61,583 nt of DNA, filler included, from Sluysia triapertura (GCA_046118255.1; 5 parts of 5 records of this genome joined end to end with filler, not necessarily neighbours in it); one strand, 5' to 3'; counted from the first letter of the whole stretch, positions 13,113-28,266 are shown. Translations and numbers: made by a program. The notes: generated by a model from the letters alone, not told the origin.

Positions 13113-16100
13113 TTATTATTATTATTATTATTATTATTGTCATCTATTGTACTTTAAGTGGACTTTTTATGATGAATCTGTCGAGTGAAGAAGCTGTTTT
13201 AATATTTTTTTGATTATTTTATATTATATTCTGGTCATGTTTCTTTCAACTAATTCTTTTAATAAAAAGAATAAATAATTACAGGAAGATCACATTGTGT
13301 TCTGATTTTTTCACTTAGAATGATCTGTTTCTGGTGGTACATTATTACAATTATCAACATTATCAAGCAAAAGCTTTTAACAGCATATTCTTATGAAAAC
13401 AAGAATACAATTAAACCGACATGGTGTATTTATGAAGCTTCCAATAGTCAAACACTAAAATTTGATAAATGCATTTATAAATTCATTTTACAGTGTTATA
13501 ATAAAAGTAAAAAATTTCTTGAAAATACATGTGAAATTTATCATTTCTTATAAAGTCAGATTTGACATTTATGAAGATTTATGTTCAAAAACAGCTAAGA
13601 ATTAACATATTTCATTAAGACTATCCTCGCTCAGCGAGTTTCACCACTTGAAAGAAAATCTTTAATTAATGGAGGACTGATATATTTACTGTTTTAAATA
13701 ACACAATTTTTCTTATCTTATAAGATTTACATTAATATTTATGTTTTACTTTTCTCTTACTTTCAAATTTATTTTCGTGAATACATAATAACAATAAATA
13801 ATACGTATTATGCAATATTGTAAATGAAGTAAATAAATGTAACTGTAAAAAATAATAATTCAAAAATCTATGTATTATAATAATTATTAGGCAAGTGTAC
13901 TATAATAACTATATAATAACTATATAATATATAATAACTATAAGAAAAATTATATAATAACTATAAGAAAAAAAATTATAATAATCTAAATACTATTGGA
14001 AAAAATCTAAAAATCTATATATATATAGTAATAAATGTGTGTAATAGTAGTAGTTATGTATTGCTTATTATGATCTATAATATTCACAGAATATTATAGT
14101 TTCCATTGCAGAAATATGAATAAGGTCAAAATTAAGCTACTCGGATAAAATTGGCTATCAAAGCAAAACTAAATATTATAGAATTCAGTTAAAAAAATAA
14201 TTGGCTGAAATTTGGTACCATCAAAACTACCATTGAATGAAACGTTTTCTACCGCAGAACACAACAAAGCAACACTTTAGTGGAAATGCACAAGACATTT
14301 ATAGAAGACTGAAGATACATTTGATTAACATTCGTTAAGATATTCGTTGAAGATTAAATTTACTTTTCCGAATATATATTTAACGAATAAGTGCAATATT
14401 CGAAATTTTAAATGAAATTAATTTTAAAGATTTTATTATATTATCATTATAAATTATAACGTAATAAATTGAACTACATTTTTCTGTGATTTAATGATAC
14501 AACATTAGGTTTGTTGCGTTTTTTCAATATTTGTTCGAAATTATTTCGCCTACTTGTTCCAGAAAAGAAAATATTTTTTAAATAAATATTAATATTAAAA
14601 ATTATAAAACAAATTACTTTCAATTCATTTATTAAAATATTACTAATATATTCTACATGATTAATGAGATGTAAATAATAATGATAATTAAGGATTATAT
14701 TCGCTTTGGTTATTAAATTAAGATATAATTAGATAAATGCTTATTACGCTTTTAGAGAAATATGTTATGGTCGAACATTTTTAATTTATATTTATAATAC
14801 TAATGTAAATTTATAAATTTTAAAAATATATTAACTTTTNNNNNNNNNNNNNNNNNNNNNNNNNNNNNNNNNNNNNNNNNNNNNNNNNNNNNNNNNNNNN
14901 NNNNNNNNNNNNNNNNNNNNNNNNNNNNNNNNNNNNNNNNNNNNNNNNNNNNNNNNNNNNNNNNNNNNNNNNNNNNNNNNNNNNNNNNNNNNNNNNNNNN
15001 NNNNNNNNNATAACATAAAATTGTAATTTTATCTGGACTTTTTATGATTTGTTTCAAGTTATTTTGCTCGACAATTTTAATATATACTTCACTTTAAGAA
15101 TAAAATGAATTAATCACCATAATTCTGTACTTATTTTCATTAAAATTACTAGAAGTTCCATGTACCGTCAAGCAAAGCAGTGATAATTTTACTAATTTTA
15201 AAAATAGATTTAAGTCATAATTAAAATAAAAGTCTTTAAGCCAAATAATAGTCATTAAATGCAAATTTTAAACCATGAGAGTGATTCATACTGAGACAAT
15301 GTTTGGGGGGAAACGGGAATTACACTCTTTATTTAAGGTGTCAGACATTATTGATGGAAAACATTAATCTGTTTATTCAAAGCTTATAATGTTAATGGAT
15401 TTATATTATTTCGAGTAAGACGTAACAAATTTATTTTTAACAATTTAATAATTCGACCTCGGACCATTTAACATGATTTAATCCATTAAGCTCTGCCGAA
15501 AATATTTTGACTCGCAAGCTGGATATGCCCACAAGTAGGAAGTCACACTCGCACACAATGTGCCAAATGAAGCTTCTATTGTTAAAAAATTTCGCGTGTT
15601 ATTAATGAAAAATAATTAACTTTTTAAACATTTGTAATGAAAACTACATTATACTGCAGCATGGCCGCAATTAACAATCAATGATAATCGTGTAATACTA
15701 TTGGTAACAGAAATAATAATGATACGTTACTAACTAAATTTTTATCATCATTTTCTAAATATTCTGGTTCAATTTCAGGAGTTGTTGCTAGTAAACGAAT
15801 CATGTCTTCAGGTTCTTCTTCTTCATCGCTATAAGGAAATATTTATAAATTTTATAAAATTTTCAATGGATTGGTGACGTAATTGTAAAATAATTAGTTA
15901 CAAAATAATTTAAAAATTGCTAAGATTAATTTTAAATTGTATCATATTTTATGATATAATCTTCATATTCCAATCATGTATTAAATTTTAGTAGTGTTCA
16001 GTGAATTCAATTTTTGATAACTTAATTCTTAAAGAATGATTCATTTAGTTTGATTTTTCTTGAAGGAAATGCTCAGAATTAAGACGTATTATAATGCCAA

Positions 16101-16451
16101 TAAATATAAGTATAATCTACACACTTCATAATTTATATCTATTAATCAAACTTAATCTTTTTGAAATTTAGGTTCAATAAATTATATATTCGATTAATTT
16201 TTTAATTTAATTTTAATAATAAAAATGTCACAATGCTAAAATAAATCAATCAAAATTAGGTAGTAAATACTAAAACTAATGCTTGAAACTAAATGAAGTT
16301 TTTAATCCTTCAAATTTTAAAATAAAATTTTATTATTCTAAAATAATAAAATAAAATTATTCTTAAATTTTAAAATAAAATTAAAATCATTATCATTAAG
16401 ATTATATTTCTTTTACATTAATGTAAAATAAGATTTAATAGAATTAATATA

Positions 16452-16590
16452 TTGGGTTGAGGAATAATTCATGAGCGTTTTTTTCAAATTTAAAAATGCA
16501 CGCAGAAATAAAATGCATCGGCAAAATATTTTATGTTGTTTGAAAGAGAATGTTTTGCTCTACAAGATAGTGTGTTTTGATTTGTAATTT
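16452..16590 (+). mobile_element. mariner-like terminal fragment
   Basis: TA|TTGGGTTGAGGAATAATTCATGAGCGTTTTT resembles mariner TIRs. Confidence 0.45.
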
Positions 16591-19500
16591 TTTTTTTATT
16601 TTTATAACATTTATTAATAAAATGTAACATTATATTACTTATTATTTATAACATTCATTTACTATTTAAATAATTACTACATTATAACAATATCTATTAT
16701 TATTATATACTTATTACAATATTACTACATTTATTATTGTGTATAACATTATTGTACGTACTTATTTACTAATTATTATTGATGTTCATGCAAGAAAACT
16801 ATAGTAAAGTAGAAAATTAAATTATTAAATGTTATAAAAGACTAAATATTACTATCACAGAAGAATAATACACAATATATACATATAAGCAAAATAAATA
16901 TATTAACAGCAGACCAGAGTGATTAGACTATTAAAAGATAGATTTAAATTTAACATTTTGAGCATGATTTGATCTGTAAATTAAATTCAATATTATTAAA
17001 CTGGTTATTCCATGGAAATTGATCAAGCTATTTGTTGCAGAAGAAAATTAATCGAGATTACGAATTCAGAGAAAGGAGTAAGTAATATTTATTGTTTTAT
17101 TGTCTGGAAAATATAATAAAAAACAAATAGATTAAAATTGTTACTATTATTATTTTATATAAAACAAATAATTTTTGAATAATTGTAATAAATTTTACTG
17201 AGTTTAAATTCTTATTTAAATAAAAAAATTTTAAAATCAAAGAGAAAATTAAAGCTGTTGTTTCATTATATACCATGTTCAAATTCTTTTTGTTGCCTTC
17301 TTTTAAATTTTAAGAAATTTAAAATAGAGCCTCCAAGAGATGGATTGTACTATATATTTGTAAAATTAAATTAAACTAACGTCTTTGCATTAGTTAATGT
17401 CGAAATTAGACACACAAAAGGAATTTAATTTTGAGTAAAAGCTTACGCTTCGCACTTCCATTTCAGATCCTTGAAACGAGATACGAGGTGAAAGTAATAC
17501 AATGTAAAAATAATACCTTGTACAAATTATTATCTTGTAGAATAAGATAATAAGGAAATTTATATCAACAAAATATGACACCTCCAATTAAACTTCATAC
17601 AAACTGAGAATATTAATAGAAAAGTTTAGAATATTAATTTATAAAGAAATTTAAATTATTAGCGGAAGTTACGAATTTATTACAAGACTTATCAAATATA
17701 GAAACACACTCAAATTTTATAATGAACTACATAACCTATTTCTAAATTTTTACAAATTATTATTATTTTCAATTTATTAATAAGATTAAAAAATATATAA
17801 TTAAATAATTAAATATAAATTCAAATAAATCAATTAAATTAGAATAATTAAGTGAAATAAATTAAAATATAATAAATTAACGCAAATTAAATTTAACCTG
17901 CTTAATAAATTACTAACTGGATCAACTGTTACAACATCAACATCTTCATCAACTTCATCTTGATCTAAACCAATAAAATTAAAATTGAATTTTCGTGAGA
18001 AGAGTTATTATTATACAAATACTTATTATTATACAAATACTTATTCAATAAAAACCGCTAATATAATCACCTTTTAAGTTGATTATTTTCCCTGATCCTG
18101 ATAAAGATTTCTATGAAATCGGTATAAAACATTATTCTGCAAATTTAACTATATTTTCAACTAAATATATTATTGAAATATTTTATAAAAGTTTATGCAG
18201 AATTGAGCAACAAAATGTGAAAAACAAATGAACATTATAAATATTCTTGTCGTTAACCAAACTTTCCATCTTTTTATATAACCCCAAAGACATCCTCAAT
18301 TATATCCATAAAACATTATTTATTTATTTATTTAAAGTGATTTCGCTACTTATTATTATTACTAATAATACTAGGACTAGTACAACTACAACTACAATAA
18401 TTTTTTTTATTATTATTCGCCTTTATACATCTAATTTATGTATAACGTGTCTCTGATAGAAGAAATAGGAATATAAATTCCATTTCAACAGTTGATTTTA
18501 ATTTAAATCTTTAGTAATTTAATTAACTAATATGCTAAAATTTATTACCAAAATCTCAAATAATATGTAAGTACAGTTAAAATAATATTAACTCTATGGA
18601 TCAAACTTAATTAAATGAATGATTTTAAATCCAAAATATATTTTGTTAAATTTTATTTACGAATTTATAAATATTTGCTAAGCAATATTTATATTCAATG
18701 TTCATATAATTTATTTTATATCCGTTTAAATGGTTATGTTGTAGCCACTGTGTCATAATTATAGTAAATTATTTTCTGTACACTTCTTAGATATTATTTT
18801 CTAATATAATATCGGTTTATTATTTTTCTACTATATTTGTTTGGCCTTATTATAATGCACATATAAGTTCTTATTCGTTTATTTTGTAGTTATTTGTTAT
18901 TAGTTTGTAACTACTCATCTTCCGTTTCCGTTTCCGTTTCCGTTCCTTCTGATCCTCTTGATAATTAAGTAGAATGAGATCAAATCTATATCCTGAATTT
19001 TATTTAGTTTAGATTTTATGCGATTTTGAGATGTTTTTCTTAAGATTACTAAAATATTTTTAGACTTATTTTTATTATTTTATTTTTAAAAAATGTGGAA
19101 ACTTATAATTTTCAATATTATATTTTTATTTTCAAAATATTCAATGTTTATCCCTCATCGGTAAATGATAGTGGAAATTAATGTAATTGTAACATGAATT
19201 AAACTAAAATCAGTTTGAAAATAGTGTTTATAATCAAGCTAAGAACGAATAGCGATAGAAATAGCTAAAATTAAAATCAATTCAAAAATAGCGTGTCGTG
19301 GTTCAGCCGATTACATGCACTTTACATATATGACAAAAATCAACTACACGAAAAACTTATCACAAAAAATACATTACCACATGTCTCACTTACATCATCC
19401 CATTCACCACGCTTTCAACATAGCTACAAGATCATAAACTATAAACTTACAATTATCTCCAAGTTTTACAGTAAAGGTAATTCCCACTGTCACCCCATCA

Positions 19501-22500
19501 TCATTATAGCACTACACCTTTGTCATACGTTGTATTTTAATATTTTTATGTTTTTACATTTTAATAATGTTTATCCTCATATTTTTGTTAAAATGTATAA
19601 AAGTTGGTCAAAAAGTGACCTTATTGCTAAAAATTAGAATATACAAAATTTTTTGTAAATGAATTAAAAATAATTCTTTAAAAATGAATGAACCGATTTC
19701 AAATTTAAAAATGTTGAAGTTCACACCATGTCACTTACCGAAGTGACAGTTCACAATCAGAGTATCAGTTTGAAAATGATAGACGACGTATGTTTCATCG
19801 AGACTGCTAGTTCAGATACTGATAAGACTTATAATTCTTCTTCTCATTAGATCGCGTAATGGTTCAGACCCAGATACGGTGATGAAGCGACTGTTTAGAA
19901 TTCATGTTTAGATATTCATGATGCTATAAAACTTATAATTAGTGTTGACACAAAATCACCTTCTGGTCCAGATCCAGATATGGTGATGAATCTATTGGTT
20001 GAAATTGAAATTATGTTAGATAAATGTATTAGAAAATATTGTTTGAGTCTTTAAATGAATATTTTAAATATTGTAAAACTTGTTAACAAAGTTTTTTTGT
20101 CCTTTAAAATCACTTTATACATCGTAAAACGTTCCTCTGTGAGAAAATACAATAGTTCTCACTTTCACGCACCAGGACCTAGATTGTAAAAGACGGACCA
20201 CATTGACGCATTAATCAAGACATAATAATTTTTCACCGGACCGTGCTCGATTTTATTTTGCCATAGGTTAAGAATTGACACATTATGAGAGGGTATCCTA
20301 ACAGACCTAACTAGAATGCATGGCGAATAGCTAACAGTTACTAAACCTTGACCCACTCTTAAGTGACAGTCCATGAAGCGGATACTAATAACCGTTCCGC
20401 TTATAATGTGTTAAAAAAACCACAGTACACGTAATAAACTATTATACAAAAATAAAGAGGATATACATATTAAACTATATAATAGAATTAAGAGAACTAT
20501 TCACAATATAATTATATTATGTGAATAGGTATCATATAAATGGAATAGAAATACATTAGGTGAAAAAGTATCATATAAATGGCCGAACCAAAGCTAAATA
20601 TGTGGAAAAAATGAATTTAGCATATTTTTATTATGATCAAATAATGAAATTAATTGTGGAGAGAGATGGATCACGAAGAAATTATCATAGAAAATAAATT
20701 TTGGGTCAAGATATAGCACTCACAAAAATACTGTATAAGGAGGTGCTTTCTACAACATAAACGGACATATTAAAGAGAGCGAAACATATTTCGACACTAG
20801 AAAATGAGAAATGTGCATCCAAGTTGGTTAATTCTTGTAATTTAATCGATTTAATAATTTTGTGGATACGGAATTTGTATCTATTTGAATTTATTTTGGC
20901 TGGACACAACAGATAAGTGATTCTGAACAAATTGTTGAATTTTTGACACTAGAGTTTAAAATCCACAAATTTTGCTTAAAATTCATTTGCTTTTTGTAAA
21001 GAAAAACATAAAATTAAATTAAAATAGAAATTTTGTTATAATTTATCAATAATTTTTATCAACAAAATATTGTGGTTTTTCTTTTACTTTTATTTGTTTA
21101 CTGTGGTGGTCCAACCCACACCTGCGTACGCAGCATACAAATCACACCAACCAACTACATAAATCTCATCACAAAATTTACATCATAACAAGTCTTGTCC
21201 ATATCATTCACAACATCATATCACTCATCCTTACAAAATTACAGATGCCTAATAAAATCCTTTTTTAACATTTTAGATCAAAACATTGAACACAACACTC
21301 GTTGTCATCTTATCATCATTATGACGCAACATTCTTTCGCTTGTATCTCGCAAATTTTATTTCTTATTTTTATGTCCTATACCTCCACAATTTTGCAATT
21401 GTTTAATTTTGCAATGTTATGTTTTTACAATTTTACAATATTTGTGTAGCTATTTATCATACTTATACTATTCTACAACATTTATCTGTAATAAATTTGT
21501 ATAATCGAATTCTAATAAGAAAATTTTTAGTCAGTTAAATAACATAAATAAAACTAATAACAGTAAAAATAATGTTAATGATAATTGTCCTTATCTTAAA
21601 CTTAAAGATTCTAATTTGAATAAAATATCATCAACAATATTTACCATGTACGTTTTATAATTTTGTACTTCCAGTTTTTTTATATTAAGACGACGAAAGA
21701 GAATTTGGGCTTAATCAACATCTATATCTCTTATGTCATAGATCAGCAGAACCCCGATATTCAGAAATAAATTTAAGTCATAATGTAATGCTAGAATCAT
21801 TTTAAGAGAATAAAAAGTTGACGAATAATTTTAAAGTGTACACGAATTATTAATTTTTATATATAATCATGTTTGGAATGTACAAATAAACATAACACAA
21901 GAATCAATAATTTTAATACGAAATATTAACGAGTTTCGAATAATCGCGAAACGAATAACATTTATTAATAATAAGATTGACGAATTGAAAATAAAAGAGA
22001 TAAATAGTTCGCAGTATTTTATAATATCACACAAAGTTTTTCATTACAATTAGATAACATAATTTTATTACAAATTTGAGTAAAATATATAAACTTCACA
22101 GTTTATAGGAAATGGATATTGTAATTGTGATAGCGATTTGTATTTAATATTTTTTCTGGTATAAATAAAATGGCACCTTTATGTGATTATTTATTATTGT
22201 ATGTAGAGTCAGTAAATGATACAATTCAATATTTATAATAAAATGCTGAGTAGATGGATATTCGCGCGAAACTACCACCCTTCTTGGAAAGCGGTGATTT
22301 ATTGATTAACTCGTTTTCATTATGAATTTAGTTCTAATTTATTGGATTTTTGTTAAGGCGAATATTATAAGATTTCGTTTTAGTAATTTGGAAATGAGGT
22401 ACGATAGTATTTCAATAAATGTATATTATTTGTATGCTACAACCCTAACCTAAATAGCAATTATGAGTAGGAAATATATTAGTAACACACAAAATAATAA

Positions 22501-24565
22501 ATACTATCCCAACTATGTACCAAACTGATGTGACTCATTTTTCTGATTAACTAACCACTAAAATCGACGCTGAATACTTAAAATAAGACCCCGTGAAAAT
22601 AACATTAGCTCCATACATGTGTAAATACTAAAACTAATCCATATCCAATTTATTAACATCAAGTACAAATTTCATATATTATTCACTCTAACCAAAACCC
22701 AATAAACATTCAACCAATGAGAATTAAATCCATAATAAGAGTAAACCAGTAACCACACATTCCCTCTATTGGTAAAACGAATATTACTTTTAGTTTTCTT
22801 AAATAAGAATTAAAAAATGTAAAAATACACATTTTAAAAATATACTGTTCAGGAAAATTATAATACATTTATTCGAACACAAAAGTAAAAAAAATGATCC
22901 AACAATGTATTTAGTAATTTCGAAACAAAGAATCGTTGAAATTTATTAATAATTGTATAATTACGTGCAGAGTTTTCAATGTTTAAGGCAAATTAAAATG
23001 CACATACTAAAGTTATTGAACCAAGCGAACTAAGAACAAAGCATAAAAATACATAATTTATGTAAACACTAAATAAAAGTCTTATGTAAATGCATAAAAA
23101 ATTTGAATTCGAAAGATTTTTGAAATAATTTTTAAATCAAAACTAATTGCATTATAAATTTATTTAGGATTGAAAAACACAAGACGTAATACCAATAATA
23201 TAAATCAACTAACTTTATCATTGTTGTACAAGTATTTATAATTTTCAAAAATGAATTAAAATTGATATAATTCTAAAATCTTCGAAGTTTTATACAAATA
23301 AACATTTATTAAATCAACAATGGTTTTACTTGTTTTACTTAACCATCAAACATAAAATAAATATTCCTCTTTATCTTATTTAATCAAACCAACTCAAACT
23401 TATATTTTGGACACACAGAGACTGCACTAAATGAAGTAGACCATCAATTATTTTTTTAGTTTAATAAAAATTAACGAATTTAAATTATTTCGGTTAATTG
23501 GATTATTTATATAGAGAAATCTTGTAGTGGTGTCATATTATTTAACTGAATATTTTTCATCTAATCAATAATTCTATTCTTACTTGTTTGTTTTACTACA
23601 TTAAAATACTAAAAATTAAAGAAACTAATTACATTATTTGTTTATATCGATGAAGTAAATAAATTTAATGACTACAACTTCAGATATATATTTTCCCGGA
23701 GCATTAAGCCTCCTTAACTGGACATATTTTATTGTCATTCTTTATAAGGGTTCTTTCTAAATTTCTTTTAAATTCCAATCCAAGTTATTACTATATTGTA
23801 ACATAGTGTTAATATATTTCAAATTTTTAAATTCTTAATTTAACACGTTCACGGACACCAAAAATGTTAGGTTAATCATGTGACATTGATTTTTTGATTG
23901 ACTAATATCGGTTTTACTTTAGTAATTAAATGTAATTATCTGTACTAATTAACATGAGGCTAACTGTCNNNNNNNNNNNNNNNNNNNNNNNNNNNNNNNN
24001 NNNNNNNNNNNNTTAATTAATTAANNNNNNNNNNNNNNNNNNNNNNNNNNNNNNNNNNNNNNNNNNNNTAAGTTAAGGCAAAGAATATTTTTTGTACGAT
24101 TAATTTTGATAATTGTTTTCACGTAATTTTACAGGTACGCCATTAGTAAGTCATATACTGTGAACGGACTCGTAACAATTAATTATTTTGCTGTAGGTTA
24201 GGTTTTTAGATTAAGAAAAACACCAGCAACTGCATAAGTCCCAAATAACACTGTCAATAAGAGAATAGAAAGTAAATTGCTCGAAAAAAATTCACATTTG
24301 CTTTTGTGGAGACAACGCCTGTATTGCTTGATCAATGGTGTTACAGATGAATTAAATCACGAGCAGTTGACTCTTCAATTTTTGACCATTTTAAAATACA
24401 CAATACTTTCAAGGTACCTTTGGTACTAAATTTAACTAATATTCTTTTAATAATTCATTATCCTCGAAAGATATCATCCGATAATGTAGCTATATCATGG
24501 TATGAAGTAAAAGTAATAGTACACCCTTGTGTAACATCAAGACTGATATCTTTATTGCAGTTTGG

Positions 24566-24610
<45 letters not shown>

Positions 24611-24611
24611 C

Positions 24612-24685
24612 TGTTAGACTTCAATAAGCGGACTGATCGGGATTCGAACCCGGAATTTCCCACTTCACAGCCGTGCAGTACGATG
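24612..24685 (-). mobile_element. tRNA-cassette element, 3' part only (cut at the retrotransposon insertion site)
   Basis: Minus strand CATCGTACTGCACGG..CCGGGTTCGAATCCCGATCAGTCCG..GAAGTCTAACA: B-box plus the family 3' terminus. Confidence 0.85.
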
Positions 24686-25338
24686 AATTCAATAGATGTA
24701 CTTTAAAATTATGACAAGGATTTTCAGAAATAGTATAAATATGAATAATAATTATAAAAATATGTATAAGGGATCAAAATAAATGTAAATAAGAATGTTT
24801 GTTGCTGGTTCTGCTGATTGAAGTACGTTAAGATTATTTATATACATTCATAAAGAAGAACATAGTTAAAATACATAGAAAGGGTAAAATATGTAAGGGG
24901 TATATAAAATATTCACAGAAAAAAGAAAGTTAAAGTATCATTTGATTATAGTTATATTTAACAAAAGATATACAAACCTTCATAAAAAAGGTGGAGGGAA
25001 ATATTGGAATAATTTAACAATTCATTACATAAAGGACAAATTGGAAGATTTACAAACATCCATATAAGAATAGAAGTAATTGTGGTTGTGTGGTATTGTA
25101 AAATTCAAAGGATTTTATTAATGTATTAAAGGGGGGTAAAGAAAGAAGCACAATATTATTCACCACACAAAAGAAAAGGAAACCCCAGGTAAGATAATTT
25201 ATAGTTAAGTGAAATATTGAAGGAAATGATCCTTAAATGATTATTAAAGGAAAGTTCTAGGGATAGTTTGATACATTAGCGTGCCAAGCCAGTAGTATCA
25301 GCTTTATGGAAACTTAACTTTTTAAGGACAGAATCATG
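24686..25338 (-). mobile_element. 5'-truncated RLE non-LTR retrotransposon (C-terminal codons plus 3' UTR)
   Basis: HDSVLKKLSFHKADTTGLAR*CIKLSLELSFNN aligns with NGKLLKPLGFHR..LAVESSNN of the 43389 element. The 3'-terminal 14 nt match that element at 11/14, and the target junction is the same. Confidence 0.6.
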
Positions 25339-25365
25339 TTATATTTTAATACTTAATCATTTATA

Positions 25366-25534
25366 TAATAGACTTCATAAAATGTACTGACCTGGAATCG
25401 AACCAGGAACCTCTTACTTCACAACTGTGTAGTTCAACCACTGAGCTATCAGCCCCATCTAACAACTTCATTTTATTATAGTCAATTGTATTATCATTAT
25501 TCTAATTGCCACTTTTTAGGCCCATACCTCAACA
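25366..25534 (-). mobile_element. tRNA-cassette element, full-length copy with a ~7-nt deletion in the D-stem
   Basis: TGTTGAGGTATGGGCCTAA..GTTAGATGGGGCTGATAGCTCAGTGG..GGTTCGATTCCAGGTCAGTACATTTTATGAAGTCTA. Confidence 0.85.
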
Positions 25535-27359
25535 ATATTATATTGTTATTATTAAATTTTGAAGAATGTTTACAAATTATTCTACCATCAACATCCAACT
25601 ACAACAAATGGATCCAAATTTTCGTATAATTTTGCTTCTGGTCCCATTGTATGTCTAGTAGCACATGCAGTACCTTCAATTATTCGCGATGTTATGGTAC
25701 CCGAAAAATATTTCATTGTTTAAAATGACAATGTATCATTTTTTTTAACTAATATCACTATTCTTTTTTCTAAAATAATGTCACCATTACTGAAATACTT
25801 CTAGCATACTTCTAGCCAATGAAATATGAATTAGCCTTGATGTAGCCAATTAACATTGTTTAGAAAAGCACAATTTAAACATTATGTTACAATGGTGATA
25901 AAATGTTTTTTGTAAATAGAAGCCTAGATGCCATTTTGAATTAATATAACAATAATAATAATTATTATTATTGTTCGATTATATTAATTTATTGTTATTA
26001 TTGTATTTGTTTTAATTTTCTTTTAATTTCTCAATCTTTTATAAATTAAACTTTGTTTTCTGTGGAGAATATAAATGAAGTTATTTGAAGTATTCTGTTA
26101 AATGTTGAAAGACTTATCAGAGATTATTTAATAAGTTACTAACGTACGATTTCGAAGTGATTATGATTTAAATGAATGCTAAACATGTAAAGTACAAGAT
26201 TAATTAATGATTTAAAATTGAATAATGCAAACATTATGATGAATAAAAATGATGATGAATAGGATTTGAAAAATAGGATTTGAAACATAGGATGCTTTAA
26301 TGAATACTACTGACAATGAAGGTTTAAGATAGTTTACTTAATAATTCCGTTTTAGGTTTGTTTAGACGTCACAAAATTTTGCTAACGGTTTCATTTTTTC
26401 TACAAATTTGTCATTTTGAACCTAAAGATAGTTTTCTTGAAGTTTTTGTACAATTGCTACGATTCTGATAGCTGTGTATTGTCATTAGGAAGCTGAATAT
26501 TTATTTATTATAGAAAACGCTTTAAAATCTTCGTTAATATTTATTTATTTGAGTGTTTAATGTAGTTTGATAAATTTAAATTATTATGATAAAATTAAGG
26601 ATGACATTATTTAACAAGAACGTTACGATAATAAATGTTGAAAGGTATTATGAATTAAGAGTTATGAAGAATTTTGATGTTCACGATAAAATGTCGAAGA
26701 ATGTTAAAACATAATATTTCAAGATTTAGTGATTGTAAAAATAAGATGAATTTTGTGCGATGATTAAATTAAATGTTTATTGTGATTTGTGACTTATGTA
26801 ATATATATTGTGCATTATGAGTTGACCTATGGAAAAAGAGAGAGAGATTTAAATTTCGAATTATTATTAGGCCCAGATAAATATGGGGTAGTTTATTAAT
26901 TTTCATGATTAATAGGTATTTATATAATAATTAAAATAATTGCATTAATAATATCTCAAGTACTATAGGTTCTCGAAATTTATAGAATTTCAGGGTTTAC
27001 TTGGAAAATAATAATTGATTGACTTCCATTTTTGGAAAAGTATTCGCAAATAAATGCTTTAAAGAAAGAAAGAAGATAAATCGAAAGTATAACGTCAGAG
27101 AAAATATAAAATGAAGAAAATAAAGTGGAAGAATGTTATATTTGAAGGATTAGTGATTGTGAATGAGTGAATTACATATTGTATTGTCACTCATGACATA
27201 CGGACTGTTTATGTAATACATATTGGTGATAACCTTATGCGTTATTTCTTGATTATTTTAGTGTTATAAAAATCAAAATATTTATGAAAATGTTCAAAAA
27301 TTAATTAGCAGCAAAAAATAATTTCCGTAAATAAATAAGATATAAAAAAATCTTTATAT

Positions 27360-28266
27360 AAACTGCGATCTGTTGATATCCAGCATCTTGTTATAAAATG
27401 GAATTACGTTGTCATTATATCTGCTCAACATTTTATCAACATCATTTCGGTGGCCTTAATTACTCCAAAAAATTGGATTCATAGCTGAGAGACCCAAAAT
27501 ATCTTGCGATGACGGAATAGGAGTCGTTTTGATTCAGTGAAGTGCTTGAACTTATCTCCATCATGGCAGACATCACTTTGAGAGATAATAGCTTTGACTT
27601 GTATAAAAGCCTTTGTATTTCTTGGGGAATATCCATACGATATTAAAGCCAGTTTCATTAAGAAATATTGATTTCTCCATTTGGAAATTAACCCTATTTT
27701 ATTTCCATTGAATTCTCTACAGGTCCTATTTAATTCCAGCGAAAACACAAAATTTTCACAATTAAATGCTTGACTCAAAAAACATACTCAAATCGAATTT
27801 AAGTTATTTATTTATTAATTTAATTATGTTTGTGTTATATTTATGTAATATTTACGTAATATAAAAATTGTAATGTTGGACCTCAAAGGGTTAAAGAATA
27901 TTCCTGAAATTGTGGTAACGGAAATCCAGTATTATTTCGTATTTTTGTGATGTTTTAAGCCTTGATTTCATTATATACAAAGGATTGACAAAAGATTTAT
28001 GCGATTTTGTCCCTTATCTCAGCCTTTCCAGTATGTTTGTTTCCTTCCTTTTTAGTGATATAATTTCATTATCAGTTACATCCTTATACATCTTCATAAC
28101 AAGAGACAGAAATATTCAGAGATGCAGCGATTGACTTATTATTGTTGCCTGCCTCTAGTTGACTCTTTGCAACTTTCAACAGTCGAGGATGGTCACAGTC
28201 GTTCGTGACTGTCTCGCATTTTTTATACATTTTTATAACGATAAATGTTTGATATTTCCTAATCAA
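27360..28266 (-). mobile_element. Decayed Tc1/IS630-family transposase
   Basis: HTH-like LEAGNNNKSIAASLNISVS; FLNETGFNI (DETGFN motif) followed by YGYSPRNTKA; SQL/NPI/FFGVIKA (SPxLNPIE motif). Many frameshifts. Confidence 0.7.

Noticed and set aside
19800-20030. Repeated ggt(t/c)caga(c/t)ccagata(c/t)ggtgatgaa motif as a CRISPR-like array
   Set aside because: Only two degenerate copies ~105 bp apart in eukaryotic DNA; an old tandem duplication.
20165-20400. GC-richer patch vaguely like a retroviral aspartic protease (IDALIKT..)
   Set aside because: No DTG/DSG motif and many stops; cannot be supported.
24130-25710. Coding-like minus-strand patches (24130-24560, 25570-25705)
   Set aside because: Stops present, no recognisable family and no consistent splice model.
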